This document shows, in pieces, positions 49,995 to 62,230 of a DNA stretch of 64,000 nucleotides. The notes under the pieces are model-generated. The model saw nothing but the letters and a program-made list of their open reading frames with translations. It was not told the origin of the DNA and did no database searches. Numbering within the stretch: the stretch's first letter is position 1; every line of letters starts with the position of its first letter. This DNA comes from Chiloscyllium plagiosum (taxonomy: Eukaryota), in contig NC_057719.1 in the NCBI RefSeq assembly GCF_004010195.1, positions 62,746,085 to 62,810,084 of the forward strand. The letters are read 5' to 3'. Both the position numbers and the translations under genes were made by a program.

Positions 49995-50988
49995 TGGAGG
50001 CCTGTGACTGGTGGAATGCTTCAGGGGTCGGTGCTAGGCCCATTGCTGTTTGTTATCTTTATTAATGATTTGGATGAGAATGTGCAAGGCATGATTAGTA
50101 AGTTTGCTGATGACACTAAAGTAGGCGGTATTGTGGACAGTGAGGAAGGTTATCAGAAATTGCAGCAGGACTTTGGTCAGCTGGGGAAGTGGGCTGTGAA
50201 ACAGCAAATGGATTTAATATAGATAAGTGTGAGGTCTTGCATTTTGCAAAGTCAAATCAAGGTAGGAATTTCATGGTGAATGGTAGGGCCTGAAGGAGTG
50301 TAGGGACCTTGGAGTTCAGGTGCACAATTCTCTGAAAGTGGAGTGACAGGTAGACAGGGCAGTGCCGAAGGCTTTTGGCACACTCTCCTTCATCAGTCTG
50401 GGCACTGAGTATAGAAGTTGGGAAGTTATGTTGCAGTTATACAAGGCCATACTTGGAGTATTGTGTTCAGTTTTAGTCGCCTTGTTATAGGAAGGGTGTT
50501 ATTAAACTGGAAAGAGTGTAGAAGAAATTTACAAGGATGTTGCTAGGACTCAAGGGTCTGACTTAAAGGGAGAGTTAGACAAGTTAGGATTTGTTTCTTG
50601 AGAGTGTAGGAGTCTGAGGGAGGCATCTTATAGAAGTGTATAAGATGATAGGATGAATGCACTCAGTCATTTTCCCAGGATTGGGGAATCAAGGACTGGA
50701 GGACATCAGTTTAAGATTAGAGGGGAAAAAATAAAAGGGAACCTGAGAGGCAACTTTTTTTATGCAAAGAGTGGTACTCATATGGAATGAGCTGCCAGTG
50801 GAACTGGTTGAGGCAGGTACATTAGCAACATTTTAAAGGCATTTGGACAAGTACGTGGATAGGAAAGGTTTAGAAGGGTATGGGCCAAGTGCAGGGACAT
50901 GGGGTTAGTGTTGATAGACATTTTGATCGGCATGGACCAATTTGGGCCATAGGGCCTGTCTCTGTGCTGTAGGACGCCATGACTCTGT
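49995..50988 (+). mobile_element. CR1 LINE fragment (RT core to 3' UTR)
   Basis: [45 protein letters not shown]; frameshifted further downstream. Confidence 0.93.
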
Positions 50989-51921
50989 GACATTGAGAAG
51001 TTAAGGTTGTGGCAGTGCTGATTCCTGGGATGCTTGTTAGCTGGGATCATAATATTCCTTGGTGTTTCTGTTGCCAGAAGTTAGGAATTTAAATAGTTTA
51101 TCCCCATGTGCATTCTTTAAACTTGTGACAATAGTTGCGGGAGCTGAGATTGAAGTGACTATATTTCTTTCCCTGTCTGCCAAGATAACCAAGGCATCAG
51201 TCAGGGGAAAGACCTGAAATGAATTTTGAGTTCTGCAAATTTCCTGGGAAATTCAATCACCAGAGAGGGTAAAATGTTATGAAATGACAATCTTGAAATG
51301 TGGCTTCCTGTTGCACATTGCTCATCTAAGCAGTAGTAGCTGCAACAAACAATAGTACAAACTTGGGACCTGTCACAACTCTTGAGGTCTGTAGGGATCG
51401 GGTTATTTTTGGTCGAAAGGCATCTAATGGAATAGCTTTTTCTCAGTGACTGAGCACATAAGAGCTGAGCTGGAGAGACGTGCTGCACTGTGCACTGAAA
51501 CCTTGTTTAATCTTGTCTCTCTTCCAAATTAAGGTCAGAAGTTGGATTCAAGATTTTGATGAATAAATGTCATGACAGTGTATCTTATTAGGGACCAATA
51601 TTTATTAGAGAATGTTTGAATACAGTTTTTTTTTAAATACTTGAACTTATGAATTAGAAGCCCAGAGTAGGCCATTCAGCCCTTTGAATCTGCTCTACTG
51701 TTCAAGGAGATCGTGGCTGATGTTTTGACAGCATGATTGATTCTTTTGATGCACATTCTGAATTGTAAAATGCACAGTGCCGAAATGTGTTATCACAACT
51801 GAATGACGGATGTAAAACTTCATAATCATCTGGTGGGGTTTTCTCAGTCAGTTTGAAGCACTCCCTTGAAACGCTGTAATTGTGTACGTCTGGATACCCA
51901 GAGTATTGATTTTTTTTTGTA

Positions 51922-52279
51922 TGTCATAGCCTTGTACAGCATGCAAACAGACTCTTTGGTCCAAGTCATCCATGCCAACCAGATATCCTTCTGCCCATAT
52001 CCCTCTAAACCCTTCCTATTCATATACCCATTTAGATGCCTTTTAAATGTTGTAATTATATCATCTTCCACCACTTCCTCTGGCAGCTCATTCCTTACAC
52101 ACACCACCCTCTGCGTGAAAAAGTTGTCCCTTAAGTCCTTTTTCTATCTTTCCCCCTCACCCTAAACCTATGCCCTCTAGTTCTGGACTCCCCCACTGCA
52201 ATGAAGATATCTTGTCTATCTACCCTATCCATGCCCCTCATTATTTTATAAACCTCTATAAGGTCGCCCCTCAGCCTCC
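51922..52279 (-). mobile_element. CR1 (HER1-like) 3' fragment
   Basis: Minus-strand peptide RRLRGDLIEVYKIMRGMDRVD..GESRTRGHRFRVRG. Confidence 0.92.
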
Positions 52280-53645
52280 TTACAATGCACAAGTGCCCTG
52301 AGATTTTAACTGAATAAGGAGCACTAGCAATTGCAGGATAGACCAAAGTCAAAGTATGCTTTCTGAAGGCAAGATGGTTGAAGGAAGAGGAATCATCACA
52401 TCTAATCTCCTGATGGTTGTAGGTAAATGGCATTGGCACAGAATACAGATTGATTATAGTGATCTGTCTGTGCCTATATTCATTAAATCACTCAGTTAGT
52501 TGAGGCAGCACATTAGATGGAGTAGATAAGAGGTATCTCTAAAGACTATACAGAGTACTGGGAGAAAGAAAGATGTACATTTCGTCTGAAAGCAACAGTT
52601 TGATGACACTGAGCCTCAGCTGGAGGGTATTAAAATGAGGAGCTGAGATTTTCATGCTTTTAATGTTTGCCCTGTTATTTGAAAGCCAGATATGAAACTT
52701 TTCTGGTCAAAATCCCCATCAGGTTGTCCAAAGGATGCTAATGGGATCCTGTGTGTAAAAGGAACAATGGCAGTGTTTGGGAAGCTCTGAACGGGAACCT
52801 GTGCTATCAATTCTAATTCCGTTTGTGGCACCTTTTCCCCGCAATTTGTTCTCTTGCAAACAGGCAACAACCTAAATATTAAAATAAGAACTGAGATTAA
52901 TCTGGTCTCTTAAGATCTCAGGATGTCCCAAGGCACTTCACAAGCAATTCATTCACTTAATTGATTATTTTGTGTCCTTTCAATACCAGGTTAACAAAGC
53001 TGTGGGTTGAGTGCTGGAACATGGGAATAGAACAGTTCGAAACTTGCTTTGACTAGCATAGACGCAATAGGCTGAAGGGTTTTTTTTTTCTGTGCTCTAC
53101 TTATATTTGATATGTATCCACTGTTGTAACATTGAAAGATGTAACATCAACTTGGTCATGATCAGGAACCTCCAAATGGCAATGAAATTAATGATGCATT
53201 TAAATTTATTTGGTCATATTGATGGATCAATATTGCTCAGGTGCCAGGAGAACTACTTTACCATTCCCTCAAATATTGCTGTAGGAATTTCTATGCGCAT
53301 TTGTGTGCGAGCAAGATCTTAGCTTCACCTATCATCCAGAAGCCGGTTTCACCATCTGTACGTCGCTCCTTCAGTCCTACTTTTCAATTGATGTTTGTAT
53401 TGGACTATATTGTGAAGATTAGGGTGATACTAATGACACTCGCTGTTCATTGTGCGCAAGCTGGGAGCATAATATCCAGTGAGCATCCACGTGAAATTCT
53501 TAGGACAGCAACATATATATTCAGCCAGCGATATTTATAATTAAGTCTTAACAAATGTGAGTTGCTCAACATAGATCCTTCATTATATCCTCCTAGCAGA
53601 CTCAGGGATTGGCTAGTTCAGTTAGATAGATGGCTGATTTGCAGT

Positions 53646-53786
53646 GTGGCGAAAGTGAGAACTGCAGATGCTGGAAATCAGAGTCAAGGTTAGAGTGGTG
53701 CTGGAAAAGCACAGCAGGTCAGGCAGCATCCGAGGAGCAGGAAAATTGACATTTTGGGCAGGAGCCCTTTATCAGGAATGAGGCTA
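53646..53786 (-). mobile_element. Single-arm PLE pLTR fragment (tail plus arm ending just past a degenerate hammerhead)
   Basis: gaaagtgagaactgcagatgctgg..gctggaaaagcacagcaggtcaggcagcatcc..ccctttatcaggaat. 12-bp TSD CTGATTTGCAGT at 53634-53645 and 53787-53798. Confidence 0.85.
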
Positions 53787-55361
53787 CTGATTTGCAGTTA
53801 AGAGTGATGCCAAGAGTTAAATCCTGCACAGCTGAGGTGACCATGATGCTCCTCCTCAACCTCTTCTGAAGCGTGATGACCCTCAGGTTAAATCATCACC
53901 AGTCATCTCTCGTAAAATTCTAGTAAAACTGTGGCAACTTGCTTTTACTTATCAAATGAACTCCCTGTGTTGATACCTGTGTATGTGGCAGCATCAAAGT
54001 AACAAAATGCATGATGCAATTTTCACTAGACTACACCCTCCAATTTTAACTGCCCTTTCATTAGTGGTGTAAAGATAATATCTTGCCAAAGTGTATGGAA
54101 CAATCTGAAGACATTTGGCTGTATTTTTAGGTCTCCATGGAAACAGGACCAGAGGTAGGCAGTAGCTAAAAGAAATCTCACTAGTTTGTGATTGTGTGCC
54201 AGGTTCCTGGCCCTACCCTGACCCAGACTATTTATATGGGCGTTAGACTTTGGGGCAAGGGTTTGGTCAATCCAGATAGTTATCAGAGACTGTCTGGGAT
54301 TCTCCAGTCAACATTCAGAGCCCACTTGTTGTCCTTAATTAGATGATGAACAGATTTTCTGGCTATGAATCTTTCATGCTGGGCAAACCACATTGTGTGA
54401 CCATTTTAGACACATTGTGGGCTTCTAATTGACATTTCAATGAAAGCAATGGAATTCTGTCGCCTACAGGGAAATGTGCTGTCCATAAGTATCTGCTAAA
54501 CGCATAGTAAAAAGAGTTGGAGCTCATCCATTCCAGTCCAAGTAGCTTTCTAGCCTTGATAAGTCTCTTAATTGCTATTGAACCATCTGTCAGACAATAC
54601 AAATTCAACTTTTGCAAGTGTGGTGGCTCATTCCATCTGCTTTTAAATAATAAAGACCTAAAAAAAAAACACTCTTTACTTTGCCTTTCTGGTGATTTTA
54701 TCTAATGCCAAAGCCTAAAGAATATCTCTGAATAACTGCAAATTGAACAAACAATTTGCGCTGCGTTTTCATTACTTAAAACAAAATCCATCCTGATTTA
54801 TTTATAAAATACACAGGCATGCAACAACTCTAGCCAAGGCATTGCCATAGAGAATATACCAGGAAATTATTGTCCGGCATGATTCTGTTGCATTTAGAAA
54901 GGTTTGCCTATGAATATATGTAGCTTATTTCATGTCTCAGCCTTTCACAGTAAATTTGAAAACCATTTCTTTCATGGGGTGTGAAATGTGGCTCTCTTGG
55001 ATCTGTCCTGATTATCACAAGGCTATACATTTGTATTTTATGGAGAGATGTTTTTTAAACTTTGAGTTGGTTAGAACCATTGTAAGTTGTATTGAGACAA
55101 AGCAAACTGCTTTAAAATACAAAGTCAGCTCAAGGTGGAAGTCAGACAGCAAAAGAATCCTCTTCAGTAGTTGGGTGAAAAGAGGATCTTGTCGTCAAAA
55201 CCGATAATAGGTTCAGCAAGACATTAGAGATGCTTAATATGGAACATTAAGAAGTTGACTATCCAAGACAGACCTATCAAAAATAAATCACTTGAAAATA
55301 CACACAAACTAATATTTCCAGGGGCTTTCTGAGCACTTCTGGAAACTAAAGAAGGAAAGTC

Positions 55362-55382
55362 TCCCTTCCCCCCCCTCCCCCA

Positions 55383-55437
<55 letters not shown>

Positions 55438-55499
55438 TCCCTTCCAACCCCCACCTCTCTCTTTCTTCCCACAACACCCCCTCTCTCCCCCGCTCTCTC
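55362..55499. repeat. (CT)n / polypyrimidine tract abutting the gap (similar tract at 56368-56490)
   Basis: Direct inspection. Confidence 0.93.
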
Positions 55500-56367
55500 N
55501 NNNNNNNNNNNNNNNNNNNNNNNNNNNNNNNNNNNNNNNNNNNNNNNNNNNNNNNNNNNNNNNNNNNNNNNNNNNNNNNNNNNNNNNNNNNNNNNNNNNN
55601 NNNNNNNNNNNNNNNNNNNNNNNNNNNNNNNNNNNNNNNNNNNNNNNNNNNNNNNNNNNNNNNNNNNNNNNNNNNNNNNNNNNNNNNNNNNNNNNNNNNN
55701 NNNNNNNNNNNNNNNNNNNNNNNNNNNNNNNNNNNNNNNNNNNNNNNNNNNNNNNNNNNNNNNNNNNNNNNNNNNNNNNNNNNNNNNNNNNNNNNNNNNN
55801 NNNNNNNNNNNNNNNNNNNNNNNNNNNNNNNNNNNNNNNNNNNNNNNNNNNNNNNNNNNNNNNNNNNNNNNNNNNNNNNNNNNNNNNNNNNNNNNNNNNN
55901 NNNNNNNNNNNNNNNNNNNNNNNNNNNNNNNNNNNNNNNNNNNNNNNNNNNNNNNNNNNNNNNNNNNNNNNNNNNNNNNNNNNNNNNNNNNNNNNNNNNN
56001 NNNNNNNNNNNNNNNNNNNNNNNNNNNNNNNNNNNNNNNNNNNNNNNNNNNNNNNNNNNNNNNNNNNNNNNNNNNNNNNNNNNNNNNNNNNNNNNNNNNN
56101 NNNNNNNNNNNNNNNNNNNNNNNNNNNNNNNNNNNNNNNNNNNNNNNNNNNNNNNNNNNNNNNNNNNNNNNNNNNNNNNNNNNNNNNNNNNNNNNNNNNN
56201 NNNNNNNNNNNNNNNNNNNNNNNNNNNNNNNNNNNNNNNNNNNNNNNNNNNNNNNNNNNNNNNNNNNNNNNNNNNNNNNNNNNNNNNNNNNNNNNNNNNN
56301 NNNNNNNNNNNNNNNNNNNNNNNNNNNNNNNNNNNNNNNNNNNNNNNNNNNNNNNNNNNNNNNNNNN
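55500..56367. other. Assembly gap (868 N)
   Basis: Run of n. Confidence 0.99.
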
Positions 56368-56450
56368 CTCCTCTCTCCCCTCTCCCCTTCCAACACATTC
56401 TTTTGATCCCGATATCTTCCAGCACTCTCCCTGCCTCAATCTCTATCTCG

Positions 56451-56487
<37 letters not shown>

Positions 56488-56641
56488 TTCCTCTCACACA
56501 AAGAAATTGCCCCAAGTCCAATGGCAACAGCAGAGAAGAAGCATCTGAGACTGACAAAGCCAACAAATCTACCTTGGTCTCAGGTTTAAACCTTCTGCCA
56601 CAAAAACAATTAAAGGGCTCCAAGCTGTTTATTCTTTTATT

Positions 56642-56806
56642 CATGATTTGGAGATACTGGTGTTGGACTGGGGTGTACAAAGTTAAAAATCACACAACAC
56701 CAGGTTATAGTCCAACAGGTTTAATTGGAAGCACGCTAGCTTTCGGAAAGCTAGTGTTTCCAATTAAACCTGTTGGACTATAACCTGGTGTTGTGTGATT
56801 TTTAAC
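56642..56806. mobile_element. Fold-back element of the second PLE family (~65-bp arms, 37-nt tail)
   Basis: Arms 56679-56744 and 56746-56809 with apex gctagctttc-g-gaaagctag. 14-bp TSD TTTATTCTTTTATT at 56628-56641 and 56807-56820. Confidence 0.88.
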
Positions 56807-57180
56807 TTTATTCTTTTATTGTCCTTTATGTGGTCACTAGCCCCTTTAAAGGCTGTACCTGCATGTGAGCATGAGGACCTTGGTGACTAAACACAGGTTG
56901 CATCTTTCTCGAGGTTTGCAAGTAATAGACTTGTTCTTTCTTTAACGCAACAAAACCCTGTGCTTGGCTTCTTACATTTCCATTGATAATTAATACAGCT
57001 TAAACATCATGTGTATTTCTTTTTTACAATATTAAATTTCTGCGACATGCTTAAGTATCAAATTGTTTTACACAAACACTAGCGTATGTATACTTTAAAT
57101 GAGGAATGCCTCCAAGTAATTGAATTTGCAAAGGAATTACAAATGAGCATTTTAATTCTTCCAGTGCTCATGTTTGTAGA

Positions 57181-57455
57181 TAGAGTCATGGAGATGTACA
57201 ACACAGAAACAGACCCCCAGATCCAACTCATCCATACCAACCAGATAGCCTACACTAATCTAGTGCCATTTGCTAGCACTTGGCCCATATCCCTCTAAAC
57301 CCTTCCTATTCATGTACCTAGCTCAGTGCCCCCATCCCTACTTCTGGCAACTCATTTCCATACACACACCACCCTTTGCGTGAAAAAGTTGCCCCTTATG
57401 TCCCTTTTAAATCTTTCCCCTCTCATCCTAAACCTATGCCCCCTAGTTCTGCACT
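57181..57455 (-). mobile_element. CR1 (HER1-like) 3' fragment
   Basis: agagtcatggagatgtac..gtgaaaaagttgcccctt..cctaaacctatgccc. Confidence 0.9.
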
Positions 57456-58603
57456 TATTAATATCAAAGCCTTGATCGCCTGTGGGTGACAGGGGGCTTC
57501 ACCTGAAACCTGAAAACTGCATTATAGTGTGAAACTATTCCCCAACTCCATAGGTTTATGAAATGTGGCTCCAAAATACGAACTTTACAAATTCGAGTTT
57601 AAACTGACTCCAGTTTCAGACCACACTGATCAAGACATTTGTAAGCTAAATGGCACAGGAGTGACCTTTATGTTCTGCTGAGGGATATGGGCATCTCAGA
57701 CATTCATTGCCTATCCCTAATTACATCTTAAGAAGCTGGTGCTGAGCTGCCATTTTGAACTACTGCAGACCGTTCAGTGCAAGCATACCTACTAACTGCG
57801 TCTATTCTAATCCGTTTCAATCGAGCACTTAGCTGAAGCTTTTTCTAAAGGACTCTACAGCATTAAAGACGTGTAGTGGCTTTTGTAAAGGACCGAATTT
57901 ATCAAACCCGCTATTTGGAGAAAGTACGTTCTTATCTCGAACCACACTGGAGTTCAGTGTTGACCTTTTTGTGATGTATTTGAGAATCCTTAGTGCTGAT
58001 GCTGTGTGAAAACGGTGGAAATGCTGTATTTTCCAGCATTAGCATTCCTAGTACAAACAAACCCAGTTAGGAAGTAGAGGTGCTGCTCTATTGCTTCTCA
58101 TAGCAGATAGAAAAGTGGATGGAGGCAATGGTGAGGCGAATAGTATTATCTGATGTAATGCCACTGATATCCTGTCACTGAATAACTCAAGTGCTGTCGC
58201 ATCAGATTAGCAAATTGTGACCGCGAAGGACTGAATGGAAGTGTCACAGGAACAGGAACAGCCCATTCTTTATTGAACTTGCGCCATCGTTTAACACACT
58301 GACAGCTGATTGAACTCGTCAATGTCATTTACCCGCACTCTGGAAAATTGATGTTTCAGTTAGAATAATGTTGTACTGTGTGAAAGGGTCTCAGAAAATG
58401 ACTAGGTGATATCCTCTGATGTCGATTATAGATCCCTCTTTACTTTTAAGTGACCAGTTTTTAAGGAAATAGAAGTTCCAAAGTTGCTTTATTTTTATTT
58501 TCTGGAATGTGGAATTCATTAGGATACAAGTAATTAAAATTGCAATGTCACCAATCGAGAAGATGCTATACACAAAATGTACACACATGCAATACGTTTA
58601 AAA

Positions 58604-59674
58604 AAATTGGGGATATCGGACTGGCACAACATGAATGGCTTTGTCCTGTGTCATAAATGTCGATGATTCCAATGTCAACAATGCTTGCAATTCAAATTTC
58701 AAAGCAAATGTCAGTTTTTGAGATAACAGAGTTGTTCTTGTAAAAATAAACTGATAAATAAAGTTCATATTCTCAATTTTTTAAATAAAAGTTGAAAAAT
58801 ACACTCACTTAAAGACTCAATTCTGCTGTTTTTTTCAAAGAAAAAAATCATCTCAGCCTAGGAGTCCCAAGAGTTTCCACAGGGAAACCGCTCTGCGAGG
58901 ACTGACAGCATTGTGTGTTGGGTCATGAAACTGACACTCATGAGAGTGATGTTAACATTCACTGATGGTGTAAAATGGACAAGGTTGGTCTGGCTGCCCT
59001 TTAGACAGACTGCCTGATTTGCTACTTCATTGAAGTTAATTGAATGTGACATTCAATCCCCAAGACACCAGTCTCATTCCAGGATATGTTTTAATGAACA
59101 GGAGTTGACTTATTCATTCACTGTAGGTTTGAGGCCCTAAGGTTCACTTTTATACAGCATAAATGTCCCTCTGAAGAAAAAACAACTGTCTGACTCTCAG
59201 TTAGCCACACCATAGATGGATGTAATAAATGAATGTGTTAATTGAAAACAGTGACCCAAAATGTGACTAGACCAGTGAATAGAGTGCATCCTTCTGCAGA
59301 AGGGTCACTGGACCTGAAACATTAACTCTGATTTCTCTTCACAGATGCTGCCAGACTTGCTGAGTTTTTCCAGCAATTTCTGGGTTTCTTGTAATAGATT
59401 GCATCTGTTGCCCCAGACTAATTATTTCCTGTCCTGTAAATCTGCTCAAATTGAAGGTGACGTTGGATCTTGACTCCACTGTATTTTTTTAAAATTTAAT
59501 AAATGAGAATGTAAGCTTCCTTCTCAGTTTATTTTTGCACAAACAACTTTCATTCTCTCAAAAAGCTAGAATTTACTTTCAAATTTGAATTGCAAGCATT
59601 ATTGCTATTGGAATCAAAGCTATTTACAACACAAAGAAGCCCTTCATGTTGTGTCTAACTCGGAATTCCAATTT
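58604..59674. repeat. Diverged ~185-bp inverted repeat pair enclosing ~700 bp (candidate old TIR transposon)
   Basis: 58604-58790 aligns to the reverse complement of 59487-59674, e.g. aatgcttgcaattcaaattt / aaatttgaattgcaagcatt, aaaaataaactga / tcagtttattttt, cacaacatgaa / ttcatgttgtg. Confidence 0.75.
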
Positions 59675-61164
59675 ATTAGATTTAAAAGTTAATTTGGATC
59701 TATAATTTGTGTGAGATGTTGAATTATTAATATTTAACACAATGGATCATAAAAGATTAATAATAGAAATTATTATGTGTTGACATTTTTTCACACTTTC
59801 CTTTCCCAGTTTTCATATTGCCACAATAGGAAATAGTGCCGTAGCTTTCAGAATGCCACAGCGCTGCTACCTCTGTTAAAATTACTTGATGATTTGCCGC
59901 CTAATTAATAACAAAAGCAGAATGCTTCAAAGTACCAAAATCAGAAAATGTAGACCAGTATATGTATGCCTGGTCAGCATTGCACAATGTCAAGCTTCTT
60001 TGTGGTTTTATTTCTGTAGCCAGGTCCATGTCTGACTGACTGGGTCAGTGTTTATGTTTAGTCCAATAATAATGCTGTTCTTTTTACTTCAAAGTTCCTT
60101 TGCCTCATCAAATTCATGCATTATTTTGTTGTTTACCCTGTTACTCTGAAAATTTTCCAATCAAAGAAAGGTGTATATTGATTCCATGTAAGGTTTAAGC
60201 TCAATGTACAGAGCTGGTCAGTCATAGCCACTGCCACCTGGCTCATTCACTCACATACATCGTCTTCATGGATTCTGTACTTTGCCTACCCAGTCCCAAC
60301 CCAGGTCCTCACCGGCATGACTATATAAACTGAACTGTTAGCGTCACTTTTCCTGTCGGTAGTATGACCCTTTTTTTTCATTTCTGTGATCTTTTACCAC
60401 TGGAATGCTTTCAAAATGGATGTTGTGTAATTTGTTACAAAAAAAAGTTTTCTTTCATTTAAAATAAGTAGAACCTGTTCTGAAGGCTGCAGTAATTTGA
60501 GTCGGATGCTCATCCTTGTGAGCAACTTGCTCCACCCCAGCTTGCCTGTCCGTAATTGTAAACCATGTAACCTTCTCCAGTTCAACAATCCCCACATGAA
60601 GTCTGCTTTCCTCCAATTCATGTTCCTTGTGCATCCTCAGTTTTGTTCATCTCACTAATGGTAGCCATTCCTTTGTCTGCCTGGACCCCAAGTTGTGGAA
60701 TTCCCTTCTATGATCCTTTCTCCCTCCTTCCATTTGTGTAAGACTCTGCTCAGGATTGACTCTGATGGTTTTTTTGATTTTGGGAATCAAGGGATATCAC
60801 AATTGGGCAAGAAAGTGAAATTAAATAAGAGTGTTACCCATGATCTTATTGAAAGATCATACAAAGATCAACATGCAGCTATCCTCTGCTCCTATCTGTT
60901 TTGAACTTTGTGCTTAAGGCACTGCATAAAATCTACGTCTTTGACCAGAAGGCCACCCTAAAACCACCTGATCTGTGGTGCCTATTTTCACTTAATGACA
61001 CTCCTGTGAAGGCCTTTAAAGTTTTTTTTTTCAATGTTAAATCACTATTTAAATCAGTGTTGTTGAGTGTTCATAGGGACCCTTTTCCTTGTGCTGGGAG
61101 CTTGCCCTGCAAAGTTTGTTTTACTCTAGAGTTCTAACTGTTCCTTGTCCCTTTCTGGTTTCAG

Positions 61165-61402
61165 AACCCCATAGACTGCAGCAAAGCCAAGAAACTGGTT
61201 TGTAACATTAACAAGGGCTGTGGCTACGGCTGCCAACTACATCATGTCGTCTACTGCTTTATGATTGCATATGGCACCCGACGCACTCTCATCCTGGAAT
61301 CTCAGAACTGGCGCTATTCCACTGGGGGATGGGAGACTGTCTTCAAACCAGTTAGTGAAACCTGCACGGACAGATCTGGCACCACCACTGGCCATTGGTC
61401 AG
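61165..61402 (+). CDS. FUT8: Alpha-(1,6)-fucosyltransferase, next coding exon (238 bp): [79 protein letters not shown](G)
   Basis: Branch-like ctaac at 61134-61138, polypyrimidine tract and cAG ending at 61164; donor GTaaga at 61403. Contains the FUT8/GT23 motif [18 protein letters not shown]. 79 codons plus 1 nt, no stops. Confidence 0.97.
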
Positions 61403-61913
61403 GTAAGAAATGCAAGCCAGCCCGTGACCTTACCACCTGTTTGAATAGTGAATGATGTTTTGTATTTGGATGCACCAGAAGTCAGTGATTGAGATCTTCA
61501 GCCTATTTCTGGGGCAAATATCATTTTAAAGAGGGAAACGCGATAAATGCTTAATATGCAAATGTCTTTTTTCTAGCCAGGGACTTTTCAGGATCAATAT
61601 TTTTTATAAAGCTGCAGGCCATCTCGTTTTTCAATAACCATTACCTAAGCAGTGGATTGGATGTCATACAATTGTTTGATTCTGGACTTCCTGTGCTTTT
61701 GAGATGTTTGCAGTCCTCCCATTGCACATTGAAGATGATCTGGATAAGTTAAACAGAAATTAACTCTGCTGTTAAACTGTCAGTTTTACCTTGAGTTGGA
61801 GGATGTCTTGGGTTATCACTGGGGACGAGTTTAGTTTGGGAGCATGATCAGTGGGGACCAGTTGGAATGACAGGTCTGCTTCTGTGCTGTATGACTCCAG
61901 AACATGGAGTTAT

Positions 61914-62230
61914 GGGCGGCACGGTGGCACAGTGGTTAGCACTGCTGCCTCACAGCGCTAGAGACCCGGGTTCAATTCCCGCCTCTGGCGACTGACTGTG
62001 TGGAGTTTGCACATTCTCCCCGTGTCTGCGTGGGTTTCCTCCGGGTGCTCCGGTTTCCTCCCACAGTCCAAAGATGTGCAGGTTAGGTGAATTGGCCATG
62101 CTAAATAGCCCGTAGTGTTAGGTAAGGGGTAAATGTAGGGGTATGGGTGGGTTTGCTCTTCGGCGGGGCGGTGTGGACTTGTTGGGCCGAAGGGCCTGTT
62201 TCCACACTGTAAGTAATCTAATCTAATCTA
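61914..62230 (+). mobile_element. Full-length, young HE1-like SINE
   Basis: gggcggcacggtggcacagtggttagc (A box), gggttcaattccc (B box), conserved body, (taatc)n tail; CpGs retained. Confidence 0.92.

Larger units (their letters stand above)
6404..61164 (+). other. FUT8: FUT8 intron, GT-AG, phase 0, 54,761 bp as assembled (includes N gap)
   Basis: The flanking exons join in frame as ...[16 protein letters not shown]..., which is contiguous in known FUT8 proteins. Confidence 0.92.

Noticed and set aside
55309..56680. Three long ORFs (337-444 aa) on the minus strand
   Set aside because: Artefacts of reading through the N gap and (GA)n repeats.
61914..61985. tRNA-like sequence with A and B boxes (also 10007-10121)
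   Set aside because: It continues into SINE body and tail, so it is a SINE head and not a tRNA gene.
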